Shown piece by piece: positions 9,582 through 18,196 of a DNA stretch of 64,000 nucleotides (its first letter is position 1; the number at the start of each line of letters is the position of its first letter). Source of the stretch: Candidatus Enterousia sp. (GTDB lineage: Bacteria; Pseudomonadota; Alphaproteobacteria; Rs-D84). The translations under genes and the position numbers were made by a program. The notes beneath the pieces were generated by a model that saw only the letters and a list, made by a program, of their open reading frames with translations, was not told the DNA's origin and searched no databases. Where the stretch lies: assembly GCA_045648945.1 (NCBI GenBank), contig JAZROX010000045.1:26362-90361 (forward strand), in the 5' to 3' direction.

Positions 9582-11009
9582 TTAGTTATTAAAAGTTAAA
9601 AGCAGTGAATTGGTAAATATGGTCAGAGTTTTACATGCACGAGTTGCAGCAACATAGAAGTTCTTTTTGTCAAGCAAATGAGCGTCCAATATAATTACAT
9701 TATCAAACTCTAGGCCTTTTGTAAGTAGGGTGCTGCCTATACATTGTTTATGTAAATTTCGTCCTGTTCTGCGTATATGATTTTTATAATCGTACATCGC
9801 ATTACAAATAGAACAGTTAGATACTATAGCATTTTGTAAAACTTTTATTATTGTGTTTAACAATTCGGGTCTTTGATACTTTAGCTTCAATACATCTCGC
9901 ATAAGCTTTATAATGTAAAATAATGATGTTTTACTGATTTTATCGTCGAGCAAGTTATCAACATGTTGTTTTAATTGGTTTGCCTTCTCTTTTTCTTCGA
10001 TTTTTGTTTTCTTTTTCAATCCGTTATTATTGAACCACGTATCAATATCTGTTTTATTGAACAAAAATTGTTCACACGTTTCTTTAAAAAGAGAGAATTG
10101 ACTAGTAGATGTGAGTAACGTGTCTAAGCGTATAGCTAAATTATAAAAATCTGGATCGTCTATGGCTTCTAGCAACTGAAAATGCGATAATGCTAAATTG
10201 TTTCTCAACGATTGTCTTTGCCGTAACATGGAATTTGCAATTATCAAAGTGTTCGGAATTCGTGATAAACGTAAAACTTGGCGTCTATAATTAAGATCGT
10301 TATAAACTGTGCCAGTGACGTGTATAATGTTTATGGCCGGCCAATTTTGCGATAAATCAACATCATTGCCTTGTTCCAAATATTTTCTTAGTGTTTTTAA
10401 AGATTGTCCTAAAATAGGGTTGTTGCCGTTGAGCTCCCATCTCCATGGCTGTTCCAGTGAGCCCGATGCATCAGAAAAATCGTTTAGTTCGCTATCAAAA
10501 TCGACCAAAGGTTCACCAAAATTGAAAATTCCTTGCATTGGGTCCCCCAATAAATGCATAGGTATCGCGTCCTTTAATTGCATAAGCATATTATGCTGAT
10601 TTGCAGTGCAATCTTGATATTCATCAATAAATATCCCTGAGTATGTTTTTTTTATTATATTACGTATCGGCTGCTTAGAAAACAATTCGGCCACCTTAGG
10701 TATGATGTTTTTATAGTATCCATTGGTGTTTTGTTCTGGTACAGATGCAGTAGCAAAGCCCAACACATATTTTTGGGCATATCCACATATCGTTTCTATA
10801 TTATATGCAGAACTGGGGATGCCACATTTTAACAATTTTTCCCTTATTGATGCGATTCCTGCATGAGTATGTGTTAAAATAAGTTGTTTGCCTAAGTTTC
10901 TGTCGTTAGCAAATTTTACGCAATCGGCGATAAAATGGGTTTTGCCATATCCAGCAGGCGCTATAATTTTTGTTTTTATTCCCATTACAAATTGTTCTAT
11001 ATTTACCAT
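9582..11009 (-). CDS. gajB: Gabija GajB, UvrD-like helicase
   Basis: Walker A APAGYGKTHF, UvrD motif II FIDEYQDC and motif VI VAATRA. 475 aa. Immediately downstream of, and coupled to, the OLD-family ATPase gene. Confidence 0.8.
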   Translation of the reverse strand: MVNIEQFVMGIKTKIIAPAGYGKTHFIADCVKFANDRNLGKQLILTHTHAGIASIREKLLKCGIPSSAYNIETICGYAQKYVLGFATASVPEQNTNGYYKNIIPKVAELFSKQPIRNIIKKTYSGIFIDEYQDCTANQHNMLMQLKDAIPMHLLGDPMQGIFNFGEPLVDFDSELNDFSDASGSLEQPWRWELNGNNPILGQSLKTLRKYLEQGNDVDLSQNWPAINIIHVTGTVYNDLNYRRQVLRLSRIPNTLIIANSMLRQRQSLRNNLALSHFQLLEAIDDPDFYNLAIRLDTLLTSTSQFSLFKETCEQFLFNKTDIDTWFNNNGLKKKTKIEEKEKANQLKQHVDNLLDDKISKTSLFYIIKLMRDVLKLKYQRPELLNTIIKVLQNAIVSNCSICNAMYDYKNHIRRTGRNLHKQCIGSTLLTKGLEFDNVIILDAHLLDKKNFYVAATRACKTLTIFTNSLLLTFNN

Positions 11010-12641
11010 TTACTCACCGATCCATTCAGATAAAGCAGTCCATGTTCTTTTTGTATAACAATCAGGTATTGTATCCCATTTGTCAAATATAGTTTTCCCT
11101 AAAGCTTCTCCCTTGTCGATTCTTTTATACCATTCGTTTCCTTTGTCAATGGCATAATTAGCAATTTTGATTCTATCTTCTGGGCAATCCTGCAACCCTG
11201 TTACAGACGGATGTGATAATAAGAGTTCTTCTATTATTGACCATGGTAAATCCTTAAAAATTTGATGCTCTATATCATTACCATTCTCGCAATCAAAAAT
11301 TTTGACGTCTAGGACTTGCAAGTCTGCTTTCTTATCATTTATATCATTTTTATCAGAATCAATAAAAACGCATGTATCAAAACCCAATTCTTTGAGTTTT
11401 TTTGCTCGTTCTATGGTGGTGCTTCCTTCGCCTAGAATATAGAAACAGTCATTTAAGGACATGGAATTTTTATTATTTTTTTGTCGCCATTTGTCCAATG
11501 CTCTACAAATACCTATCTCTGTTTTCCCTTCGCATATGATGATTTTTTTACAAAAAAAACCTTCCGGATTTGCCCTAACGACAGCTTGCCAATTGTCTTT
11601 TTCAGGAATGTTTGTAATAGAGACAAACTTGTTGTCATCGGACTTTTTTACAAGATACAAATCACTTGAAGCAAGTTCCACAATAGCATCACGTGAATGA
11701 GTAGTTAGAAAAATTTGCCCATTGTTTTCATCTTTTAATATTGATACAATTTGTTTAATTCTATCTGGTTCTAATCCTTGTTCTATTTCATCTATTAACA
11801 CTATCCCCCCTTGTTTGGTCAATGCTAATTGGATAGCTATAGAAAAAATGCGTTTTGAACCTTTACCTCTTAAACGTAAAGGTATATTGTTATAATCGTT
11901 TAAACAAATTTTAGTGTCCTTTATAGCAATATCCCTAAAATCGATGGATGTTTTTAAGCCTTCTGCGTTTAATCCGAGTTTGGTAGAAGTTTGGCTTATT
12001 TCATTGGTTGTTTCTAATGTTTGTGGAAAATCAATATTATCAATTTCAGATTTCACTGCTCTCAACCTATCGATAATTATGTTAGAATTTTCTGGTGCTC
12101 CAGAAATCTCTTTAAATAATTGATACAGTGGAGAACCTTTATTCCACGAAAAGTGATTGTCAACATAATCTGATATAAAAAAACAATTTAATTTTGCTCT
12201 ATCTGTTGCACTTATTGCTTTAGGTTCTTGGCGATTTGTAAAGATTTCCCATTTCGGTTCTAGGGTTTTATCTACGGTCAGCCTTATTGTATAAACATCT
12301 TCTAAATTATCATCGTCAGTTAAATCATCTATTACTTCTTTTGTGCTTCTATTATACTGTCTCTTATACAATCCAAACTTTTCTTCTGTTTGTAATACGT
12401 CTGGTATTTCAGAAAGAGTAACTTCGATTTGTATTTGTTGGTTTGTATCACCATCAAAAAAATCTGTGTCGTAAAACTGGAGAGTGTAATTAGGGCATAA
12501 AGCATAATAAATTGAATTTAAAACCGTTGTTTTCCCGCAATCATTCCTACCAATAAGACAAACAAAGTTTTTATCAAAGGTTTCAGATAATGATTTTATT
12601 GTACGAAAGTTTTTTATATCTAATTTTACTATCTTGCTCAA
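11010..12641 (-). CDS. gajA: Gabija GajA, OLD-family ABC ATPase fused to TOPRIM nuclease
   Basis: Walker A GRNDCGKTT, Walker B VLIDEIEQGLEP, and TOPRIM motifs IIICEGKTE and FIDSDKND in the C-terminal third. 543 aa. Confidence 0.8.
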   Translation of the reverse strand: MSKIVKLDIKNFRTIKSLSETFDKNFVCLIGRNDCGKTTVLNSIYYALCPNYTLQFYDTDFFDGDTNQQIQIEVTLSEIPDVLQTEEKFGLYKRQYNRSTKEVIDDLTDDDNLEDVYTIRLTVDKTLEPKWEIFTNRQEPKAISATDRAKLNCFFISDYVDNHFSWNKGSPLYQLFKEISGAPENSNIIIDRLRAVKSEIDNIDFPQTLETTNEISQTSTKLGLNAEGLKTSIDFRDIAIKDTKICLNDYNNIPLRLRGKGSKRIFSIAIQLALTKQGGIVLIDEIEQGLEPDRIKQIVSILKDENNGQIFLTTHSRDAIVELASSDLYLVKKSDDNKFVSITNIPEKDNWQAVVRANPEGFFCKKIIICEGKTEIGICRALDKWRQKNNKNSMSLNDCFYILGEGSTTIERAKKLKELGFDTCVFIDSDKNDINDKKADLQVLDVKIFDCENGNDIEHQIFKDLPWSIIEELLLSHPSVTGLQDCPEDRIKIANYAIDKGNEWYKRIDKGEALGKTIFDKWDTIPDCYTKRTWTALSEWIGE

Positions 12642-12709
12642 TTTTTATTTCTCCTAAAAGTTTTATATGCATGTGATTATGGCGAATGGTTCTTGTTGTA
12701 TTATAGTTT

Positions 12710-13606
12710 TTATTTCAATAATTCTTCCAACACACCTTTTTGCACCATGGCAATGTTCAAGATGTAATCTGTGGTGTTAAATGTGTCGTGCAATGGGCGT
12801 TGGGCAGTTTGCCAACCTAGACCATCAGTAATCCAAATGAATTGGTGACCGTCTTTAGACCATTGTTGATAAATTTTTGCATATTCGCCTGCTGTGGATT
12901 TTAGTTTTGAACCGCCACCACCGTAAAAGTTGGTTTCGATCAGATATAATTTATGTGGTGTGTTTATAGCAAAATCTATTCGTTTGGAAGAGTTTGTAAC
13001 GGTTATATGCTTACCCCATTCACTGTAAATTTTGTCTGCGGTAGCTTGGGCAATGTAGTCATATCCGTTTCTTTTACAAATATCTTTGATAAATAATTCT
13101 GTCAATGTTTCCATTGATGTGCCACTACGATTTTTGCGACCATTTGAATCAAGCCCGACTTCTACACCAAGGAAATAATCTGGAACGGATTTTATTGTTC
13201 GGTCAGAAATCAAATCTAATAAGCCAGATTCTTTCATGAATTTTGCAGCGTCTTTTGCGGACATTGGTTTTGTAAAATCAAAACTAGTTGTAGCGAAAGA
13301 GTTTGCGTGATCGATCAAAGAAATTTTTTTATGGCGTTCTGCGAGTAATGCAGGAATAATCTTAATTATATTTGGATATTCGCTTAAAAGTTGCTCTGCT
13401 GCCTTTTCAATATCTGGTTTGCCAATAAGGGTGTTAAGCAAATTCAATGATACTTCCGCTTCATGGTAATTTTTACATACCTTTTGCCAGTTCACAAAAT
13501 AATCCCAAGATTTGATAGTTTCTTTCAAATTATCAATCAAATACGCAAATACTTCGTCTTCGTTTTTACAACCTAGTAATTTATCAAATATTTGGGAATA
13601 TTTCAT
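12710..13606 (-). CDS. DpnII/MboI-family type II restriction endonuclease (predicted GATC-specific)
   Basis: 298-aa ORF terminal in a Dam-MTase / second-MTase / REase cassette, the same order as dpnM-dpnA-dpnB. Family assignment rests on context and size. Confidence 0.55.
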   Translation of the reverse strand: MKYSQIFDKLLGCKNEDEVFAYLIDNLKETIKSWDYFVNWQKVCKNYHEAEVSLNLLNTLIGKPDIEKAAEQLLSEYPNIIKIIPALLAERHKKISLIDHANSFATTSFDFTKPMSAKDAAKFMKESGLLDLISDRTIKSVPDYFLGVEVGLDSNGRKNRSGTSMETLTELFIKDICKRNGYDYIAQATADKIYSEWGKHITVTNSSKRIDFAINTPHKLYLIETNFYGGGGSKLKSTAGEYAKIYQQWSKDGHQFIWITDGLGWQTAQRPLHDTFNTTDYILNIAMVQKGVLEELLK

Positions 13607-14388
13607 TTTTTATCCTTTTTTTCAGATATATCATATAACCTTTTTTCAGCCAGTTCAACAAATTGTGACTCTTGGTCTATGCCAACAAACAAACGTCCAT
13701 GTTTTATTGCAGCAACACCTGTTGTGCCACTGCCCATAAAAGGATCCAGAATCAAATCGCCAGGATTTGTAGATGCCAAAATAATACGTTCCAATAATTC
13801 TACTGGTTTTTGAGTCGGGTGTTTGCCAAATTTCTTTTCTTCTTTAGTGGGTGTTCCAATAGCCCAAACACTTCGCATTTGGCAACCTGGCTTTTTAATA
13901 AAGTCTTTTGGGAAATCGCCATTCTTCATAGCTTCATAATTAAAAGTATGTTTTGCTTTTTTGTTTTTGCGCGCCCAAAGTAGGGTTTCGTGACTTGCGG
14001 TAAAGTACCGGCAAGACATATTCGGACTGGCATTTGGCTTAAACCAAGTTATGTCGTTTAAAATATGGAACCCAAGTAATTGCATAGCAAAGCCGCACGA
14101 ATATATGCTGTGGTATGTGCCGCTGACCCATAATGTGCCATTGGGTTTCAAAACACGATGACAGGCACAGAGCCATTTTTTATGAAATTCAAAATCATCA
14201 CTAAGACCGTGTGATTTATCCCAATCGCCTTTATTCACAGATACAACACAACCATTTTGACATGTGATACCACCGTTGGAAAGCATGTACGGTGGGTCTG
14301 CAAATATCATATCAAATGTATTTTCCGGAAGTTCAAGTAACTTTTCAAGGCAGTCTGCACAATAAAGACGATACGATTTCTTAGTCAT
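13603..14388 (-). CDS. DNA N6-adenine/N4-cytosine methyltransferase (DpnA-like second methylase)
   Basis: FADPPY catalytic motif near the N-terminus and a SAM-binding DPFMGSGTT motif near the C-terminus (beta-class order). Confidence 0.75.
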   Translation of the reverse strand: MTKKSYRLYCADCLEKLLELPENTFDMIFADPPYMLSNGGITCQNGCVVSVNKGDWDKSHGLSDDFEFHKKWLCACHRVLKPNGTLWVSGTYHSIYSCGFAMQLLGFHILNDITWFKPNASPNMSCRYFTASHETLLWARKNKKAKHTFNYEAMKNGDFPKDFIKKPGCQMRSVWAIGTPTKEEKKFGKHPTQKPVELLERIILASTNPGDLILDPFMGSGTTGVAAIKHGRLFVGIDQESQFVELAEKRLYDISEKKDKK

Positions 14389-15313
14389 AGTTAGTTATAA
14401 GTAATTCACGAATTGCATCACGACCATCTGCCTTGGAATTTATAAGACGTTTAGCCAAAATACGGTTAATTTTATAATCTTTGTACAAATCATCGAAGAA
14501 TGGATCATCAATGTAATTGGTTGGATCTGAATTGCTCAACATCTGCAAAGCCCCCATTTGATGACATTTATCAAAAACCTGTTTCAAACGTTCCTGTTCT
14601 GCATCGTCAAAATCGCCAACGGCATAAGAATTGAAAGATGATGTTTCACGAATTGGACGATATGGAGGATCATAATAAATGAACGTATCGGCTTTTACAT
14701 AATCTGGTGTAGCCCCAAAGTCTGCCTGCATAATAGTAGCAATTTGCAAAGCTTCAGACACGTTGCGTAAGTTTTCTTCATCCAAAATACGTGGATTTGT
14801 ATATTTGCCCATTGGAACATTGAATTTGTTTTTGCTGTTTACACGGAACAACCCATTAAAGCATGTCCGGTTCAAGAATATCGTTAGGGCAGCGCGGCGA
14901 ACAAAACTTGTGCGGTATACATTGGCATCAACATTTTTATCACAGTCGTTATATTCATCGCGTCTGGCATAATAATATGCCTTTGTGTCATCTGTATGTC
15001 TGTATTCGGTTTGAATTTTAGTTAATTCAACAATCAAACTTTCCACATCGCGTTTTATGACGTTGTAAAGAATCACCAATTCTGGGTTGATATCGAATAA
15101 AAACGCTTCCCGGATTTGATATCTATTATATATGTCAAAGAATACGGCACCGCCACCGACAAAGGGTTCTATATACCGTTTGATGCCCCCCATCTTTAGT
15201 TTCAAAGGAAGTTTTTGTTCAATTTGTTCCAACAATTGCCCTTTACCGCCGGCCCACTTCAAAACAGGGCGACATTCGGTATAATCTGGCAATCTGGCTG
15301 GTATCGCTATCAA
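14381..15313 (-). CDS. Dam-type DNA adenine methyltransferase (DpnM-like, GATC)
   Basis: N-terminal LKWAGGKGQLL motif typical of Dam/DpnM (D12 class), plus DPPY. Confidence 0.8.
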   Translation of the reverse strand: MIAIPARLPDYTECRPVLKWAGGKGQLLEQIEQKLPLKLKMGGIKRYIEPFVGGGAVFFDIYNRYQIREAFLFDINPELVILYNVIKRDVESLIVELTKIQTEYRHTDDTKAYYYARRDEYNDCDKNVDANVYRTSFVRRAALTIFLNRTCFNGLFRVNSKNKFNVPMGKYTNPRILDEENLRNVSEALQIATIMQADFGATPDYVKADTFIYYDPPYRPIRETSSFNSYAVGDFDDAEQERLKQVFDKCHQMGALQMLSNSDPTNYIDDPFFDDLYKDYKINRILAKRLINSKADGRDAIRELLITNYD

Positions 15314-15361
15314 AAATTATCCTTTCCTTATTGCTATATTAGAAGAAAATAGCAGATAAAA

Positions 15362-15625
15362 TCAAGGTGTTTTATAACGTTTTTGTGGTTTGTTTTTCCA
15401 CATGGCTGCCATTTGGAATAATTTGTGCTGGATACGGCGGAGCAACCATGCTTGCCGGCAGGTTAGGTTGCCGTTGTTTGTTCTGCGTATGGCGTTCTCT
15501 AATTCGTGCAGTGATCGGCATGCTGCGAAATAAAGCATAATAAAATCGGTTTTGTTACTGGGTTCAATTTCCCGAAAATGTTTGTACTTCATAGACAATC
15601 CTTTTAAGGTTGTCGCATTCATCAA
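15362..15625 (-). CDS. Small basic hypothetical protein; possible regulator or recombination directionality factor of the island
   Basis: 87 aa, Arg/Lys-rich. A perfect palindrome at 15706-15738 lies upstream of its start. Confidence 0.3.
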   Translation of the reverse strand: MMNATTLKGLSMKYKHFREIEPSNKTDFIMLYFAACRSLHELENAIRRTNNGNLTCRQAWLLRRIQHKLFQMAAMWKNKPQKRYKTP

Positions 15626-15705
15626 TATCTTTCGGAGAAAGTCCAGTCATTTGTTCGTTTCCTCGCAAATAAACATTTTTCGCGCTGATATAACAAATGT
15701 ATAAC

Positions 15706-15738
15706 GGTGACATACTTCCGGACGTTCCGTATGTCACC
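15706..15738. promoter_or_regulatory. Perfect inverted repeat GGTGACATAC-N13-GTATGTCACC (operator or recombinase-binding candidate)
   Basis: 10-bp arms. The GTGACATAC half-site also occurs inside the 26-bp island-boundary repeat. Flanked by ATAACAAATGTATAA repeats (15690-15704, 15811-15825, and 7384-7398 at the other island end). Confidence 0.5.
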
Positions 15739-15942
15739 CATTTTTGGAAGTTATGAAAGCCTTGTAAATCTTGGTATAGCGGGTTTGCCAGTAATTGAAA
15801 AAAATCCCGTATAACAAATGTATAATTTTTTGATTATATTTGGCTGTATTCTGGTATTTTTAGGTCGTATTTTTTCTGAAAATGTAAAGTGGTTTTTGGG
15901 ATAAAAAACGCCACAAACACGCGGGTTTGTGGCACTAGATCG

Positions 15943-15987
15943 TGGCTCGGGCAACTGGACTCGAACCAGTGACATACGGATTAACAG
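15943..15987 (-). pseudogene. 3' tRNA fragment (T-arm, acceptor 3' strand, CCA; anticodon loop CTGTTAA resembling tRNA-Asn GUU) forming the right island boundary
   Basis: Reverse complement reads CTGTTAATCCGTATGTCACTGGTTCGAGTCCAGTTGCCCGAGCCA: perfect T stem-loop ACTGG-TTCGAGT-CCAGT, 7-nt acceptor strand, discriminator, CCA. No complementary 5' half is present. Contains the second copy of the 26-bp direct repeat (15962-15987). Confidence 0.55.
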
Positions 15988-16239
15988 GGGGGGATAGAGG
16001 TGGGCTTGTAGGACGGCGTGTGAGGTGCAGAAAAACGTCGTTTTTTTGCGCGCGGATATGTTACAACTGTGAGGTGTTTTTGGATTTGTGGCCCAGTGTA
16101 GCAAAAAAATTGCACTATCGTGTAGCCACATGTGCCTAAATGATGCAAAAGGAAGGATATGCCGGCCGTATTCGCGGAATATTTTTTCGCTTGTGGAAAA
16201 GTATCATAACTTGTACTATCCAATTGAAAGGAGTCAAAA

Positions 16240-17265
16240 ATGAAATGGGCGATTATATTCGCAATCATCGTACTTGGAATCGCTGGATACTTTATGTTTT
16301 CCGGTAATAAATGGGATAAAACATTTGATCAAAATCCAAATGTTATAACCCAGAAAGTGCATTTTACAAATCGATATGGTGTTGATTTGGTTGGCGATTT
16401 ATATATGCCAAAAAACATAGATAAAAATCAAAAATATGCCGCTATCGCTGTATCCGGTCCATTTGGTGCGGTCAAAGAACAAGTCTCGGGTCGATATGCC
16501 CAAGAAATGGCAAATCGTGGTTTTGTGACTTTGGCCTTTGACCCGTCTTTTACCGGCGAAAGCGGTGGCAAGATTCGGGATGTCGCGTCGCCCGATATAA
16601 ATACCGAAGATTTTTCTGCGGCGGTGGATTACCTGGTGACTTTGCCATTTATCGATGAAAATAAAATTGGCATTATCGGTATTTGTGGTTTTGGTGGTTT
16701 TGCATTAAATGCGAATGCGATGGATACACGTATTCGTGCAACCGTCACATCAACAATGTATGATATGACACGTGTTTCGGCGCATGATTATAATGATACA
16801 AAAAGTGCCGAGCAATTATATGCCGAACGTGTTCAAATGAATAACCAAAGAACCGCGGACGCAAAAAGTGGCAAAATCGCAAAATCCGCCCCATTACCAG
16901 CCCCAGAAACTTTGACCGATGATACGCCGCAATTTGTGCGCGATTATGTTGCATTTTATAAAACGCCACTTGGCTATCATAAACGTTCGGTTGGTTCACA
17001 ACGTGGTTGGAATGCAACATCTGGGTTGTCTTTGATAACTATGCCGATATTGGCCTATGCAGACACAATCAAAAACCCGGTGTTAATGATACACGGCGAA
17101 AACGCGCACAGCCGTTATTTCAGCGAAGATGCGTTCAAAAAATTGACCGGCGATAACAAAGAATTATTGATTATTCCGGGGGCAAATCATACAGACCTGT
17201 ATTATAAAATGGATGTGATACCGTTTGATAAAATGGAACAATTCTTCAAAACAAATTTGAAATAA
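16240..17265 (+). CDS. Alpha/beta-hydrolase fold protein (dienelactone-hydrolase-like, Cys nucleophile GICGFGG)
   Basis: N-terminal TM/signal. GxCxG nucleophile-elbow-like motif. 341 aa. Confidence 0.5.
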   Translation: MKWAIIFAIIVLGIAGYFMFSGNKWDKTFDQNPNVITQKVHFTNRYGVDLVGDLYMPKNIDKNQKYAAIAVSGPFGAVKEQVSGRYAQEMANRGFVTLAFDPSFTGESGGKIRDVASPDINTEDFSAAVDYLVTLPFIDENKIGIIGICGFGGFALNANAMDTRIRATVTSTMYDMTRVSAHDYNDTKSAEQLYAERVQMNNQRTADAKSGKIAKSAPLPAPETLTDDTPQFVRDYVAFYKTPLGYHKRSVGSQRGWNATSGLSLITMPILAYADTIKNPVLMIHGENAHSRYFSEDAFKKLTGDNKELLIIPGANHTDLYYKMDVIPFDKMEQFFKTNLK

Positions 17266-17277
17266 AAAGGATAACAC

Positions 17278-17835
17278 ATGAAAAAATTACTATCTGTTTT
17301 AATGATGGTTTGCGCGGTATTCACAAATGCGAAAGCAGAGGAGGCGAATATGACGAACGATAAAATCTTGGTTGCTTATTTCAGTGCCACCGGAAACACA
17401 AAATCTGTAGCTGAAAAGTTGGCAGCCGCGATAAATGCCGATTTGTTCGAAATTATGCCTGAACAACCGTATACAAGCGATGACTTGAATTGGCAAAACG
17501 ACCAAAGTCGTTCTTCTATTGAAATGGGTGACAGAAGTTCAAGACCAGCAATCGCATCAAAAATCAAAGATATATCACAATATAAAATTGTATTTGTTGG
17601 ATCACCAATTTGGTGGGGACGTGAACCGTCAATTATGGATACGTTTATTGAAAGTTATGAATTTTCGGACAAAACGGTTATCCCGTTTGTTACATCCGGC
17701 AGCAGTGGTATCGGCGATTATGGGGCAAACCTGCAATCGTTAGCCCCAGGAGCAAAAGTCCTGACCGGCAAACGTTTTACAACCGATGTTACCGCGGAAG
17801 AATTAAAAGCCTGGGCTACTGCGCAAATGCAATGA
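17278..17835 (+). CDS. Flavodoxin-like protein with N-terminal signal peptide
   Basis: VAYFSATGNTKSVAEKLA flavodoxin FMN-binding signature. IVFVGSPIWWG motif. Confidence 0.7.
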   Translation: MKKLLSVLMMVCAVFTNAKAEEANMTNDKILVAYFSATGNTKSVAEKLAAAINADLFEIMPEQPYTSDDLNWQNDQSRSSIEMGDRSSRPAIASKIKDISQYKIVFVGSPIWWGREPSIMDTFIESYEFSDKTVIPFVTSGSSGIGDYGANLQSLAPGAKVLTGKRFTTDVTAEELKAWATAQMQ

Positions 17836-18176
17836 GAAAGGAAATCATAAAATTCATAGATAAAAAATATAACGCCGCCCCAGAATATCTGTGGAGGCGT
17901 TATCCAACATATTGCGTCTTTCGGCATGCGGGCAATAAAAGATGGTTTGTGCTGGTGGGCACCGTTCCACGCAGCGTCTTGAAACTGCCGGGCGATGGCG
18001 AGATTGATTTTATCAATTTAAAAACCGGCGATGCGGAATTCTTTCGTGGCGTCAGGGGTATTTTACCGGCATATCACATGAACAAAAACCATTGGATTAC
18101 GGTATTGCTGGATGGAACATTGCCGATAAAAAACATTCAGCATTTGATTGAAACATCATATGAATTAACATTGTGA
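17832..18176 (+). CDS. MmcQ/YjbR-family protein
   Basis: 114 aa. The pattern YLWRRYPTYCVFRHAGNKRWFVLV is characteristic of the YjbR family. Start overlaps the previous stop. Confidence 0.55.
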   Translation: MRKEIIKFIDKKYNAAPEYLWRRYPTYCVFRHAGNKRWFVLVGTVPRSVLKLPGDGEIDFINLKTGDAEFFRGVRGILPAYHMNKNHWITVLLDGTLPIKNIQHLIETSYELTL

Positions 18177-18196
18177 CAAATCAATTCGCGGGGAAA

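Noticed and set aside
15943-16021. Full-length tRNA gene at the right island boundary
   Set aside because: Only the 3' half (anticodon loop to CCA) is tRNA-like. The sequence where the D-arm, 5' acceptor strand and 5' anticodon stem should be (CCTCTATCCCCCCC…) cannot pair with the 3' strands. It is reported as a tRNA fragment instead.
15751-16139. ORFs 15751-16131 (-) and 15942-16139 (+)
   Set aside because: They overlap the tRNA fragment and boundary repeat. Translations are low-complexity with no RBS. They arise from GC-rich non-coding DNA at the island junction.
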